DNA from: an uncultured Clostridia bacterium
GTDB taxonomy: Bacteria > Bacillota > Clostridia > TANB77 > CAG-508
DNA: 64,000 bases
NCBI GenBank assembly: GCA_944392455.1
Contig: CALXWP010000003.1
Location: 26,183 to 90,182 of the forward strand
Direction of reading: 5' to 3'
Below, piece by piece: positions 31,901 through 48,200 of the stretch. The position numbers were made by a program, and so were the translations under genes. Position 1 is the stretch's first letter, and each line of letters opens with the position of its first letter. Under the pieces are notes generated by a model. That model did no database searches and was not told the origin of the DNA. It saw nothing but the letters and a program-made list of their open reading frames with translations.

Positions 31901-34900
31901 CAGTAGAGATACAAGATTTACAAATAGAACTAGGAAATACAAAAACAGAGTATGAAGAATTTAAATATACATATAACGCCAATGTAAATATATCAGTTAA
32001 TGATGTAAGAAATGAAATAACAACAAATGACTACTATGTACGTATATACAAAAATGATGAACAGGTACAAGAAATAAGATATGAAGAATTAGGAGAAGAT
32101 AACAAAGTAGAAAATATAATAAAATCATATGAAGTAGATACAGATGCAACATATAAAATAGAATTAGTAGTTAAAATTTCAGATAGATACTATGAGTTGG
32201 ATTCGCAAGAATTTTCTACAGAGGGTGAAACAGAAATAAAAGGAATATCAAGTTTAAATGAATATCTAAAAATACAGCCATATGGAACATATATTGTGTT
32301 ACAAGATATTGATCTAACTAATGTGCCAAGTACAAGAACTAGTACATATAGATTTGGACATTCTAATATGCATTTTAATGGTGTAATAAATTTTAATGGT
32401 AAAACAGTATATTTAAACTCAAATTCATATAGCACAATAATTTATTATTTAGGAGAAGATGGAATACTAGAGAATTTAGTAATGGATATAAGAATGGACA
32501 ATTCTAAAGCCATAGAGCAGTTTAAGCCTATTACATACGTTAATTTTGGAACTATAAAGAATATTCAATTGAATATAGTAGAAGCAAATGATATGGCCAA
32601 TATTTTTTATCAGTATTTTTGTTATAGAAATTATGGAACAATAGAAAATTTTATTGTTAATTTTGAAGAATCAATTTATGTAAATGGAAATTATACGCAG
32701 AATTCTGTATTAGTTACCCAAAATTATGGAATTATAAAAAATGGTTACATATATGGTGAAAATATTAAAATGGTATCTGGAAATAGTAATATTATAGGAC
32801 TATTAGTTTTTAATAATACAAGAACAGCATTAATAGAAAATGTATATTCTTTAATTAATATTGATTTAATTGGAAATACAAATAAGAAAAAGTATTTGGG
32901 AAATATTGTAAATTTAAATAATGGTAATGCAACGACACAAAATGTTTACTCTGTTGGAATTGGGGCTGGAGATACTGACTTGACAGCAGGACCTAATATT
33001 TATAATAAAACCTCTAAAAAAATATATAATAATTATTATTTCACAGACGAAATATTTACAAGTGAATTAGAAACAAAAGGAAATAAATTATCATTATGGG
33101 ATTCCGAGTTTCAAAACCAATTAATAAATAGTGAGGATGCTTTCATTGTAGATGAATTAGTAGATGAAGGATATTATCCTTGGATTAATATGCCAGATGT
33201 AATGCCAACACAAGAATATATAGAACTACCAGAAGTTGCTGATAGCGATTTGCCAGATATACTTTCAACTAAAGTTTTAGAACAAGGTTCAGATACAGTA
33301 AAGGTTGAATTTAGTGTAAATAATCCATCATCAGAAAATATAAGTAATATACAAATAGAAAATATAGATGTTGAGATATTATCACAAGAATATAGGGATG
33401 GAAAAAGTACAGTAATAGCAGATTTAAAAAATCCTAAAATATGTGTATCAAGTTATAATGTTTTAAGTATAAGTACAATAGGAGCTTTTAATAGTACTTA
33501 TACAAGAGAATATGAAGAGGGAGAAAGAGTATTAAATGTCGAGTTATACAATGAAATATGGAGCGTTGCTGATTGGAAAGCAATAAAAGATTCTCCAACT
33601 GAAAATTATATGTTGATGACTGATTTGGATTTTATTAATGAAGGTGATGATATAGTTTTATCTAATGTTAGTGGAATAATAAATGGAAACGATCATAGTA
33701 TATCAAACATATATTTAACAGATGGTATGTCATTTATAAATGCATTATATGGAACACTAAAAAATATCTATATTAATAATTATAATCAAGAAACTTCTAG
33801 TAACGGAGGACTTGTGGCTGAACTTCATTCTGGTTCATCTTTAGACAATCTACATATGAATAATATTAAGATTGTTAAGAATGAATTAGGCTATGTTGGA
33901 GGTTTGGTGGGATATGCCTCTGGTTCTGTTGTTAGTAATTGTTCAGTTAATAATTTTGAGCTAATAACTGAAAACGATACATTAAACTCTTTAAGCGTAG
34001 GAGGAATTGCAGGAAATATAAGTATGACGAGCATTTCAAATTGTTTTGTTCAAAATATTAACTTTACTTGTACAAATGCAATAAATCCCGCGATTGGTGG
34101 AATTGCTGGTCTTTCAACTAATTCATCTAGTATTGCGAATTGTTATGCTGAGGGAAAAATAATTTCTAAAAGTAGTAATGTAGGTGGGATAGTTGGATCA
34201 TTTTCGTACACCGGAAGAGTAGAGGGTTGCTATACAGTAGTAAATATTTCTACTGAATCTGCAGATATAGGAGGAATTGTAGGAAATATTACAGGAGAAC
34301 TAGAAAACAATATAATGGATAATCTAAGTATAGGAAACTTATATACTACATCAGGATTAAATTATTTAAATAGAATTGTCGGTAATAAAGAAAATACTGT
34401 TAATTCAAACTTTGCTTATGAAAATCAATTACTAAATGGATACATTACAGATGATAAAAAGGGTGCAACACTATTAAATAGAGAAGAAACATTAAATTTA
34501 GAATTAGGTGATAGTTATAACTATGACAAAAAAGAAGAAGGAATACTTCCAAAACTATATAATACAGAAGGTTCAGAATTGCTACCAAATCAAGAAGATA
34601 TTTATTTAGACAAAAATGCAGAAGAAGGGGTTAAATTAGAAATAAAAAGTACAGAGGCAAGTAAGCCAAATACAACAGAAGCAGAAGTAACTGTAAGAAT
34701 AAATAATCCAAATGAAGTAGAAATAACAGGAATAACAATAGAAGATATGATAAGTACAATGACAAGAAATATAACACAAAATGGAATAACAAGTATAACA
34801 TTAAGAGCAACTCCAGAAAGATATTATGATAGTTATAAATTAACAGAAATAAAATATAAAACAAATGATGCCGAAGAAGAACAAATAAAAGAAGTAGAAG

Positions 34901-37900
34901 CTGAAGTAAAGGTACAATTCTATAAAGAACTATATACATATGAAGATTGGCAATCTATAGAAGAAGGAACATATCAAAATTATAGGTTAATGGCTGATAT
35001 AGACTTTAGTGGAAGGACTAATGTAAAAAACAATATAATAGTAAATAGGTTAGAAGCAGAAAATAATATATATACATTAAAAAATATATCATTGGAATTT
35101 AATGAAGCTAACACAGGATTAATACAAAATGTAAAAACAAGCATAAAAAATATAGGATTTGAAAACATAAAGTTAAAAAATTCAAAAAGTTGGGGAACAT
35201 ATTGTGGAGTGATTGCAACAATTGATGGAACAATAAAAAATTTAAATTTTAATAATATAGAGGTAGATGCTAGTAGCATAGATAGAGTTGGACTTTTTGG
35301 ACTGATTCAGGGAAACAATACTGAAAATATAACCATAGATAATGTTATTATAAAAGGTAATAATTATGTACGGTACTTTGGCAGGCTACGGAGGGTATGA
35401 AACTTTAAATATATTTTTAGATAATATAGAAGTAATTTCTTCTGGAAATTACGCAGGAGGTGTATTTGGCTATTGTAGAAATGATTCAGTGGTTGAACAA
35501 AAAAATATAAATATAACCAATTCTGATATTACCGGTAATCAATTTGTTGGAGGTATAACTGGATACAGCCATGAAATTGGTTTAACCAACAATAATGTAA
35601 CCAACACAAATATAAATGGTACGAGTTATGTTGGTGGAATGGCTGGTAGAAAATATGTTACAGATGCTTATAGGTGTAATAATAATACAATAATTAATTG
35701 TACAATAACTGGAAGTGGTAGTGAGATAGGTGGTCTTAACGGTTATAGTGAATCGTATGAAGAAGACGTTTTGATAAAAAATTCTAAAATATATGGTGCA
35801 ACCACGGATTCAGATAATGTAGGAGGAGTTCTTGGAAGTTTAAGCTACAGAATTTGGAGAGCAAGGGTAATAAATTGTGAAGTGGTTTCCTTAGGAAATT
35901 CTGTAGGGGGAGTTGCAGGGTACGATGCATTTGGTAATGGTATTCATGCTCCAGAGAGGTGTTACGTAGAAAATACAAAAGTAGAGGGAAGAAGCAAAGT
36001 CGGCGGATTAGTGGGAGAGATTCGTGATGGAAATCTTATTTACTGTACAGTAAATGCAGAAGTAAATGCAACTCTTCATACAGCAGGAGGTATTTTGGGA
36101 TATATCGATAATACTGATATGACAGAAGTTTTATATCTTATACGTATGAATAATAATAGTGTATTAAATTCTAATATAAGCGCTCCAACAAAAGTTGGTG
36201 GATTAGTTGGCGATGTTTCTAAGGATTTGTTATCAGACTTAGGATTTTATATAAATAATTATGTTCATGCATATATAGAAAGTGAAGATACAGAAAGTGT
36301 GTCGATGGGAGTAGGAGGAGCGAAAACGAATAATTCATCAATAACAAATACATATGTATATAAATATAGTCAAATTAATGGAGATTATGTATATGCAAGT
36401 AATGATACATATGAAGAAAAACAATATTTAGTAGAAGAAGATTTAAAACTAGAATCAACATATAGAAGTAAATTAAGCTGGGGAGAAACTTTTAATTATG
36501 AATCATTGAAAAATAATAAATATCCAATACCAACTAATATAACAGATGTTGAAGGAATAGATTTGCCAACAGATCCAGAAATTGTAGATTTAAATAGTTT
36601 AGACAATAAAAACGATAATGAAGCAGATACTAGTGAAAACAGTATATCAACTCAAAATATAGAAGCATTACCAGAAATAATAGTATATCCAATATCAATA
36701 AATGAAATAAATATAGATTTTAGTAATATTACAGATAATACAAGTTTTACATGTTATATAAATGGTTCGGAAATAGACACTATTGATTTAACTGAAAAAA
36801 CATATACTTTTGAATATAACTTCATTGATATATTAGAGATAGTTGTAACAAATGGAATAGATGATGAAACAATTACAATAAATCCATCTGAAATAAGAAG
36901 TGAAATAAGCTTAGTCGGAGATAATTATGCATATTTAATAGGAAAGAACTTATACATAAATGGTGAGCTACAGTCAGGAGAATATGTAAATGTATACGAA
37001 GGATATGCTTTAAATACAAGTGGACAAGCTATTGATTTAGCAACAAATGAAATAGTAAATTCAAATATAACAGAAGTAAAATTAGAAGAAGCTTCAGAAC
37101 CATTACATACATATGAATATAAAGGAAGTAGCATAGAAGTATATGGAACATATAGTAAGATAGATGGAAATATAAAATCACAGATATATAATGTGAGAAG
37201 CGGAAAGCTATCAGCTATTTCAAATGACTTGGATATGAAAATAGACAATTACATAGTAGATCAATACAATGACAAAGAATATCAAACAATATTAACAAAT
37301 AGTGGAGAAATAGTAGATCTAAAAGAACAGTTACAATATCCAAATAATTTCTTAAGTAGGAATATAAAACAAATAGTACAAAATAGTAATGCAGAAAATA
37401 CAGATATGATGGTTATATATAACACAGGAAAAGTAATAGTGTTTAACTATGTAAACGGAAATGTAATATATGAAACAGAAGAACAAGCAGATTCAGGATT
37501 AGCAAATTACATAACAGGAAGTATAAATAGTATATGGAGTGATTATGAAGATAAGCAATCTGAATATGCAAGAAGCAAAGCTCTAATAGCAAAACTAACA
37601 GAAATGCCAATAGAAGAAGTATTAAATGAAGTAGAAGAAAATACCAATAATGCTGACACAAATAATTCTGTTGAAAGTATTAATAACATAATTACAAACA
37701 ATATAAATTCAAGTATTACAAATAATACAGCCAATAAAAATGAAGAAAGCTATATAACAGTATACAATGGAGAGACAGGAGAATATGAAGTATATAGCGA
37801 AACTGAAATATTAGAAGGAATAGAAGAAGATCCTGTATCAGAAACAGAAAAGATAAAAGAAAATGGATTAGAAAGTATATATAATTATGAGAAAGAAGAA

Positions 37901-38014
37901 GAAACAGGGACAAAAGTAAATGGAGCGATAATAGTTGTTTCAATAATTGGCATAGCAATAATTTCATTAATTATATTAAGAAAATTAATATATAGAAATA
38001 ATACAAAAAAATAA
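28954..38014 (+). CDS. giant surface protein copy 1 (~3019 aa) with a +1 shift at CGG 35371-35373
   Basis: N- and C-terminal TM helices, FN3-like stalk, CBM-like domain and GLUG-type (xVGGIxG) repeats. Joining ORFs 28924-35400 and 35366-38014 gives GNNYV-GTLAGYGG. Confidence 0.85.
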
Positions 38015-38055
38015 TTATACGACTTAGACAAAAAGTAGTATTTGATATATTATAC

Positions 38056-38098
38056 AAAGAATATTAAGTTATTTATTTGGCTTAATATTCTTTTTTTT
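38056..38098 (+). terminator. terminator after copy 1; related hairpins at 49906-49939 and 61267-61302
   Basis: AAAGAATATTAAG...CTTAATATTCTTTTTTTT. Confidence 0.8.
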
Positions 38099-38204
38099 AT
38101 TTATATAGGAAAAAATTACTAATAGAATAATTAATATAAATTTAAATCTAATATAGAAATTTTATTTTATATATGTTAAGATATAAATAGATTGAATTTG
38201 AGAG

Positions 38205-38534
38205 GTGCTTATGGACAAACTAGATATAAATAAAATACAACAATTAGTAAAGAACGAAAAAATTAGATGGACTAATCATGTGATAATTAGATTATTGCAA
38301 AGAAATATTACACAAGATGATGTGAAAAAAGCAATTTTAAATGGTGAGATAATAGAAGAATATGAAGATTCTTATCCATATCCAAGTTGTTTGATTTATG
38401 GAATAAATTTAAATAATACAGTAATACATATAGTATGTGGATCAAACGGAGAAGAATTATGGATTATTACAGCATATTATCCAGATAGTATAGAGTGGGA
38501 AAATGATTGGAAGACAAGAAAGGAGAAAAAATAA
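38205..38534 (+). CDS. DUF4258 domain protein (putative toxin)
   Basis: WTNHVIIRLLQRNI, GEIIEEY...PYPSCLIYG, IHIVC, IITAYYP..W. Confidence 0.85.
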   Translation: MLMDKLDINKIQQLVKNEKIRWTNHVIIRLLQRNITQDDVKKAILNGEIIEEYEDSYPYPSCLIYGINLNNTVIHIVCGSNGEELWIITAYYPDSIEWENDWKTRKEKK

Positions 38535-38536
38535 AT

Positions 38537-38767
38537 ATGAATTGTTTTATGTGTAAAGGAAAATTAGAAAATAAAAATACAACATTTATGGTTGAATTAG
38601 ATAATTGTATTATTATTATTAGAAATGTGCCATCACAAGTATGTAGACAATGTGGAGAAGTATCTTATAGTAATGAGGTGGCAAAACAATTAGAAAAATT
38701 AGTAAACTCTGTAAGAAACTCTATTACAGAAATTACGGTAATTAATTATACTGAAAAAGTAGCATGA
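38537..38767 (+). CDS. YgiT-type zinc finger / MqsA-like antitoxin
   Basis: CFMCKG...IIRNVPSQVCRQCGE; AGGAG RBS before ATG 38537. Confidence 0.85.
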   Translation: MNCFMCKGKLENKNTTFMVELDNCIIIIRNVPSQVCRQCGEVSYSNEVAKQLEKLVNSVRNSITEITVINYTEKVA

Positions 38768-38944
38768 TGTTTTAGTAATAAATTTAAAAATTATAATAAA
38801 AAAAGTGTTACAATATAAAATAAATGTGATATAATGATTTTGTGATCAGACCAAAAAACAGAAAAACAAATAGATGAAAATACCGCGTAATGCAGTATTT
38901 TCTAAGAAAAAACCAAATGAAAAAAGAAAGGAAGATTGCGAAAA

Positions 38945-39144
<200 letters not shown>

Positions 39145-39233
39145 TCTGTCCTTTTTGTGTGAAAAAAATAAACAAAGCAAAAAGAAAATAAAACGATAAA
39201 AATATGCAAAAGCAGAAAGGATTGATTAGGAAT

Positions 39234-42200
39234 ATGCAAAAACAAAAATTAAGAAACAATAAGATAAAAGGAAGAAATACAAAAAACATGCCAATGTTTA
39301 TACTAATAGGATTAATAGCAATGATAATAATTATTGCTGTAATTTATTATGTGTTTTTAAGATATTCACCAGAACAAATAATAACATATAGTGGATATGC
39401 TATAGAAGGAAAAACAATGGCAGAGAACTTAAAGAGTAGCGAAATATCAAATATAGAGCAATATTTAAACTTAGTAGAAGTAAAAGAGAATGATCTGCTA
39501 TATAAAAGATTAAATTCATATTACATAGGAGAAGATGATAAAAAAGAAGTAGATATTAACTATCCTATGTATATAAATGAAGGAAATACAATATTTAATA
39601 TATCAAGGAATACAAAACTAATAACAGTAAATTATGAAGAAGTAGAAGGATATCCAGAGTTTATGCTAACAGGTGGAGTAATGTACAATGGCAATGATCT
39701 AACAAGAGCAGATGGAAATAAGTATATATTCCTAAAGAGTGAAGATGAGATCTATACAAATGTACAAGCAATAAAGATCAAAACAGCAACAAATGAATAT
39801 GAAATAAAAGAATATAGCAATATATATTTTACAGAAGAAGCAGTAACTTACTATGAAATGCAAGATGGATATATGGAATATAAAAGAATTAGTGATATAG
39901 ATAATAATTCAGAAATAGAAGTAAATGGAGAGACATTAACATATAGAGTATTTTTAGAAAGATTAGGATTAATACAAAGTGAAGAAAATACAAATAACAA
40001 TGATAAAGTAAATACACTAAATGAAACAGTCGAAAATAATACTGTAGATAATGAAACACAAACGGAAGAAAACAATGATAATACAACTAATAATGAAACA
40101 GAAGAAGAATGGCAAGAAGGAATGTGGGCAAAACCAGAAGTAAGCTGTACAGATTTTGAATCAGAAGTATATACAATAAGAACGAACTTAAGTGTAATAG
40201 ATAGAGCAGGAGTTATAACAAGAGGAGTAATATTTGAGATAAGCTTAGATGGAAGATTGAATAGAAGAGTACAGGCAACACAAACAGGAGAATTAGAGAT
40301 AACAGGATTACAGCCAGATACAGAATATGAAATAGTAGGGATAGTATATTACAATGATGAATCAGAAGTAGAAATAGAAGAAGAATTTTATACAGGATCA
40401 GTAACAACGAAATCAATAGATACATTAGGAACAGTAGATTTTAGCTTTGAAAATGGAGAAATATATTCAAATAAAATAGAACTAATACATTTAAAAATAA
40501 ATAATGATATTAACGAAGAAGTAATAAAAGGAATATCAAGATTACAATTAGAAATAGATGGAATAGAATATAGGTTAACAAATGACCAGGTAAACCAAAT
40601 AAAATTAGGAGAAGAGATAACATATCAAACAAGTGAAACAATAGATTCAAATAGTAGGATAAAATATGAGATAACAGCATTTGATAAATTTGGAAATGAG
40701 TTAAAAGAGATAAATAATACAGGAGAAACAATAACATCAAAACAAGCACCAAGTAGCAGTATAAGAGCAACCAAACAAGATGTAACAGAAGTAAATTTAG
40801 AAGTAAAACTAACAAACAAAGATAATGTAACATTAGAAAACTATAGATATGAAATAATAAATCAAAGTGGAGATAAAGTAAAAGAAGGACAATTAACGAA
40901 AGAAACAGAGACATTAGTATTTACAGACTTAGATCCAAATGGATATTATCAAATAATAATATATGGAGATTATGATTTAGATAATGGAGATGGAAAGCAG
41001 ATAAATCAAGAACTAGGAAGAGGAAGTTTTGTAACAAGACCAATAGCATCATTAGGATATATGCAAGTAAAAATAGATGATAAAGAAGTAACACAAAATG
41101 AAATAAAGCTAGGAATAAGTATAGATGAGAATCAAACAGATGCAAGATTAATAGCAATATTAGATAAAGTAGAAGTAGTAATATATGATCAAGGTAAAAA
41201 TATAAACAATGAAGATATTTATACAGAAGAACAACAAGAGCAAGAAATACAAAAAATAACATTAACAAAAGAAGAAGTAGAACAATTAAAAGTAGCAGAA
41301 GAAGTTGAAATAAACATAGATCAACTGACCTCAAATACAAAATATAAAATAGATGTAATAACAACAGTAAAACAAGGTAGTGTAGAAGAAGTAATAGAAG
41401 ATAAGCAAAACTTAAATGAAGTAATAACATTAAAAATGCCAGCAGAAGTACAAATAAGGAATCAATTTGTAATAGGAGATATGATTGATTTTGATATTAG
41501 AGTAGAAGATATAGATAATGCAATTTTAACAAATAACGTAAGAATAGAAGTAAGAAATCCAGACAATAAGTTAGTAAACTTAAGTGAAATGGGTACAAAT
41601 GGAGATTATGAAAGAAAAGTATATGAAAACCTAGAGGAGAATACAACATATAGAATAATAATCTATGCACCACAGTACAACGAAGGTAGTACAGATGAAA
41701 CATATGAAGCAGACTATATATTAAAAGAAATAGAAATATATACAGAAGCAGGAATAAGTGGAAAATTGGATTTGCTATCAATAGAGAGGGCAGGAACAAA
41801 CAAAAATCTAATAGATGTATCATCAAAGGTAAATTGGTTTGCTGAATGCTTTAATATAAGAGGTGCATATTATGGTTTAGAATATGATGAGGAAGAAAAA
41901 ATATTGAACTTTGATTCGAAGGGAAGTGCTTCAAACAGAAATTATCTTTATGATTTATCTAAATATATAGGAAAGGAAATAACGATTAGCTTTAAAGCTA
42001 GGTATACGAATATCGCAACTAATATATATATTATAAATGGAGAAAAAAGCATAGAACAGATAAGTAATTTAAATAAAGAATGGCAAGAATATAGTTTTAC
42101 ATTTACTATAGAAGATGATGGTTATGTAGGATTTAAAATACAAAATAGTAATAGTAGAGTAGAAATTCAAGAATTGCAAGTAGAACTTGGAAAAAATAAA

Positions 42201-45200
42201 ACAAACTATGAAGAATTTAGATATATTTTAAATGCGAATGTAAATGTTAATTTACAAGATCTAAGAGATGAAATTACTACTAATGATTATTATATACGCT
42301 TATATCAGAATGGAGAACAAATTCAAGAAATTAGATATGTAGAAATTAACGAGGATAATATAGTAGATAATGCGAGTAAATCTTATGAAATAGAAGAAAA
42401 TGCAACATATGAAATAGAATTGTTGGTAAAAATAAGAGATAGATATTATACTTTAGATTCACAAAGTGTAGAAATAGAAGAAAAAACTGAAATCAAAGGA
42501 ATAACAGGCAAGGAAGATTTCTTGAAAATTCAACCATATGGAGAGTATATAGTGTTAGAGGATATAGATTTTTCGGATGAAGAAATTAATTATTCATTCG
42601 GATATCGAAATGATTCTGATGATTTTAGATTGGTGTTTCAAGGGCACTTGAACTTCAATGGACATACAATAACAAGAGGAAGAAAAACTAGTTCTAATAT
42701 TAGTTTGTTTGGAATGATAGGAGATCGAGGTATTATAGAGAATATGGTCTACGATGTAAAATATGATAATGAAATTGCCTCAACATGTTATGGTTTCCTT
42801 GTATATCGAAATTATGGCACTATTAGAAATATTCAAATTAATCTAATAGAAGGAACTAATGAGAAAAATGTAAATAATTATTTGATTTACGTAAATGAAA
42901 ATATAGGAACTATAGAGAACTTTATAATTAATTATAAAGTGCCTATATATGCTTCATATAATCTATCAGCTGTTCATATAAATAATGGAATTATAAAAAA
43001 TGGATATATTTATGGAGAAAATATAAAAGCAACTTCAGGAAAATCAAGTAATAATGACAGAAATATTTCTCCATTATTATTAAGTAATAGTCGGAAATGC
43101 TAGTGTTAGCAATATATTTTGCTTGGTAAATGTCGATATATTGGAGTACTCAGGAGCTGAAAATAGTGCTAATTTAATTGTAACTAATTATGATAATGCA
43201 AGTGTGAATAATGTTTATTCTTTAGGCGTAAATAGTCATTATAATTTGAATTTGGGACCAAATGTGTATTATTTTAGCAGTGGAAATGTTTCTAACAATT
43301 ATTATTTTGCAGATGAGATTTTTACTAATGAATATCATATAAAAGGAAATAAATTATCATTATGGGATGTAGAATTTCAAAATCAGTTATTAAATACAGA
43401 GGGAGCTTTTATTGTAGATGAATTAGTAGGTTTAGGATATTTTCCTTGGGTTAATATGCCTTATGTAATGCCAAGGCAAGATTATATAGAATTACCTGAA
43501 GTAGAAGATGCAGATCTTCCAGATATTTTATCAACAAAAATACTAGAACAAGAGGCAAAATCGGTAAAAGTAGAATTTAGTGTAAATAATCCATCAGCAC
43601 AAACAATAAGCAATATACAAATAGAAAATATAGACGTGGAGATTATATCACAAGAATATAACGATGGTAAAAGCAAAGTTATAACAGAATTAAAAAATCC
43701 AACCGTATGCGTATCAAATTATGATGTAATAAGCATAAGTACAAGGGGTGCATTTAATAGTAGTTATACTAGGAGATACGAAGAAGGAGAAAGAGTAATA
43801 AATGTTGATTTATATAATGAAATATGGAATATACAAGATTGGAAAGGCATAGCAAATTCTAATGCAGAAAACTATATGTTAATGTCGGATTTGGACTTTA
43901 TAAATGAGGGCAATACGATATGTTTATTATCTATTTATGGAATTATTGATGGTAATAATCATGTTATTTCAAATATTAATATAGACTCAAATAATTCAGT
44001 TATAAGGTATTTACATGGCGAATTAAAAAACATCCAGGTTGAAAATGTTAATATTGTAAATCAAACAGATGCTTCTTTTATTGGTGGTTTCATTTACGCG
44101 ATGGAACCAAATGCTTTAATAGATAATGTACATGTTAAAGATATTACTATTTGGACAAGGAGGGGAAATTCTACATATCAGTTAGGCGGAATTGTGAATG
44201 TGGCATATACAAGTAGGATAAAAAATTGCTCCGTAAATAATTTTATTATAGTAAAAGAGACAAATGAAAATACTGAAAAACAATATATTGGAGGAATAGC
44301 TGGTAACATAAGTAACACAACAATAGAGAATTGTTATGTGAATAATTTGGAATTTAATCTTAACGATGCGGTAAATGCATATACAGGAGGAATTGTAGGA
44401 TATGAAAAAGGATATGGAAGTATTAAGAATTGTTATGCGAAAGGAAAAATTATAACAGATGGAGGAAATGTTGGTGGTATAATTGGATATATAGAAGAGT
44501 GTGAAATTGAGAATTGTTATTCTTATGTGAATATTTCTAGTAAGAATAGAAATATTGGTGGTATAGTTGGGAGGTTTTATGGTAGTGATGGAGATAGTAT
44601 ATCTAATAATCTTAGTATAGGAAATTTATATACAACACAGGGAATAGATAGTTTAAATAGAATAATAGGGAATATGTCTAATACAGAAAATAATAACTAT
44701 TCATATGAAAAACAATTATTACAAGGATATACTACTAGCGAAGCAAGGGGAGCAACATTATTAAGTAGGGAAGAAGTGCTGTCTTTAAATTTAGGAGATG
44801 GATATAATAATATAGATAAAGATGAAGGGATACTTCCAAAATTATATAACACAGAAAAATCAGAGTTACTTCCTAATCAAGAAGATATATACCTAGACAA
44901 TAACGCTATGAGTGAGGAAAAAATCGAACTAGACATAGAAAGTGTTGAAGCAACAAAAACAAATACGACGGAAGCAGAAATATCAATAAGAATAAATAAC
45001 ACAGAAGAAATAGAAATAACAGGAATAACAATAGAAGATATGGAATCTGCTATAACAAGGAATATAACACAAAATGGAATTACAAGTTTAACAGTAAGAT
45101 CTACTCCAAATAGATTCTATGATAGTTATAAATTAACAGAAATTAAGTATAAAATAGAAAATTCAACAGAAGAACAAGTAAAAGAAGTGGAGGCAGAAAT

Positions 45201-48200
45201 AAAAGTACAATTTTACAAAGAAATATATACATATGAAGATTGGCAAGCAATAGAGGAAGGAACATACCAAAATTACAGACTAATGTCAGATATAGATTTT
45301 AGCGGAAGAGACAATGTGAAAAATAATATAACAGTAAATAGATTAGAAGCAGAAAATAAGATTTATACTTTAAAAAATATAGAACTAGAGTTTAATGATT
45401 CGAATACAGGGTTAATAAAAAATATAAGAACAAGTATTAAGAATATAGGATTTGAAAATGTAACTATAAATAATTTTGGTTCGGAAAATAATTGTGGTGT
45501 TATTGCAACTAGTGAAGGAGAAATTGATAACATAAAATTTACAAATATAATAATAGTTGCAGAAGATATGAATTATTTAGGAAGCATTGGATATGTCACA
45601 TCAGGAAATATAAAAAATGTTATATTAGACAATATTAATATAACAGGAAATTCAAATGTAGGAGGATTAGCAGGAAGATGTGATTATAAAGTTTCAAATG
45701 TTAGTGCAAATAATATTACAATATCTGCGAATTCTTATGTTGGTGGTGTTACAGGAACTGCTACCAATCAAGAGGAATATACGGAACAAGTCAATATTAA
45801 TCTGAAGAATTCTAACATAAGAGGTACAGACTATATAGGAGGGATTACAGGACAAAGCTATTATATTATATTAACAAATTGTACTGTATCTGAAACTTCG
45901 ATAACAGGAGTTTCAAGCGTAGGTGGAATGGCAGGATATAAAATGGTTTCTCCAAGTTATAGTTGTAAAAACAATATTATTGATAATTGTGAAATTTCTG
46001 GAAGTGGTTCTTATATAGGAGGTTTAAACCGGATATGGTAGATCGTATGAATATTATGGAATTGTTAAAAATTCAAATATTTATGGAACAAGTGTAAATT
46101 CTAAATATGTAGGTGGGATGCTGGGACGCTTATGGCTGAATATATTTTATTGTTCTGTATACAATTGTAATATTATATCAAGTGGAGATACAGTCGGAGG
46201 TATTGCAGGACAGATAACTAATAATAGTGATCATGGAACTCGAAATTGTTATATAAGTGATACGAAAATTGAGGGTAGAAGCAAAGTAGGTGGAATCGTT
46301 GGAGAAATGATAGATGGAAGGGTTGATGAAAACATTGTAAATGTAAGAGTAACAGCAACAAGTCATACAGCAGGAGGAATTATAGGCTATATGAATAATA
46401 TCAATATGTCATCAGCATCTTATATGATTAATATGTTTAATAATGGAGTTACCGGATCAATAATGACTGCACCAACAAAAGCAGGAGGATTAATTGGAAA
46501 TGTTGCAAAAAATTTAAATACAGAGAAAGCTTTTTATTATAACAATTATGTACATGCATACTTAGAATGTGAAGATAGTGAGAACGTTTCGATGGGAATT
46601 GGTGGATCAAAAGAGAATAATGAGGCAATTACAAATACACATATATATAAATATAGTCAAATAAATAATGAATATATGAGGGAAGATATAGATACATATA
46701 TAGAAGAACAATATATAGAAGGAGAAGAATTAAGAGAAGAATCAACATACAAAAATAAATTTGGATGGGGATCTAACTTTACATATACGTCATTACAAAA
46801 TGAAAAATACCCAATACCAAACGGAGTAGAAGATGTGAAAGGAATAGATTTACCAAAAGATCCTGAAATAATAGAGTTAAATTCATTAGATGATGAAGAA
46901 GAATCTGAGAGTGTTAATAATAGTGCAGGACAAATTAATGAAAATAGTATTGTAATTCAAGGCACAGAATCTTTACCAAAAGTAACAGTATATTCAATAT
47001 CAGTAAATGAAATAAACATAGACTTTACTAGTATTCTAGAAGGAGTAAACTTTACATATTGGATAAATGGAGCTGAGATAGAAACTGTAGACTTAACAGA
47101 AAAAACATATACATTTAAATACAACTTTACAGACACAATAGAAATTATTGTAAGAAACGGAATGGAGGAAGAAACAATAACAATAAATCCATCAGAAATA
47201 AGAAGTGAAATAAGTCTAGTTGGAGATAATTATGGATATTTGATTGGAAATAATTTATATATAAATGGAGAATTGCAAGAAGGAGAATATGCAAATTTAT
47301 ATGAAGGTTATGCATTAAATACAAGTGGACAAGTTCTAGATTTATCATGTGGCGAGCTTATTAATAATGAAGTAATAGAAACATCTTTACAAGAAACAGT
47401 AAAACCATTACATACATATAGATATAAAGAAAATAATATAGAAGTATATGGAACATATAGTAAGATTGATGGAAATGTAAAATCACAAATATATAATGTA
47501 AGAAACGGGAAACTATCAGCTTTATCTAATTCATTGGATATGAAAATAGGCAATTATATAGTAGATAGCTACAATGACAAAGAATATCAAACAATATTAA
47601 CAAGTAGCGGAGAAATAGTTGATTTAAAAGAACAGTTACAATATCCAGATAACTTCTTAAGTAGAAATGCAAAACAGATAGTACAAAATAGTAATGTGGA
47701 TAATCCAGAAATGATGGTAATGTACAATACAGGAAAAGTAATAGTATTTAACTATGTAAGTGGAAATGTAATATATGAAACAGAAGAGAAAGCAGATGAA
47801 GGACTAGCAAATTACATAACAGGAAGTATAAATAGTATATGGAGTGATTATGAAAGTAAGCAATCAGAATATTTAAGAAGCAAAAAATTAATAGAAAAGC
47901 TAACAGAAATGCCAATAGAAGAAGTATTGAATAAAGCAAATATTAACAGTGAAAATATTAGCAATACAGACCAAAATGAATCAAATACAAAAACAAATAC
48001 AATATCTCAAACAGAAAGTTACATAACCGTATACAATGATGAAACGGGAGAATATGAAGTATATAGTGAATCTGAAATATTAGAAGGATCAGAAGAAGAA
48101 CCTGTATCAGAAACAGAAAAAATAAAAGAAAATGGATTGGAAAGCATATATAATTATGAGAAAGAAGAAGAAACAGGAACAAAAGTAAATGGAGCAATAA

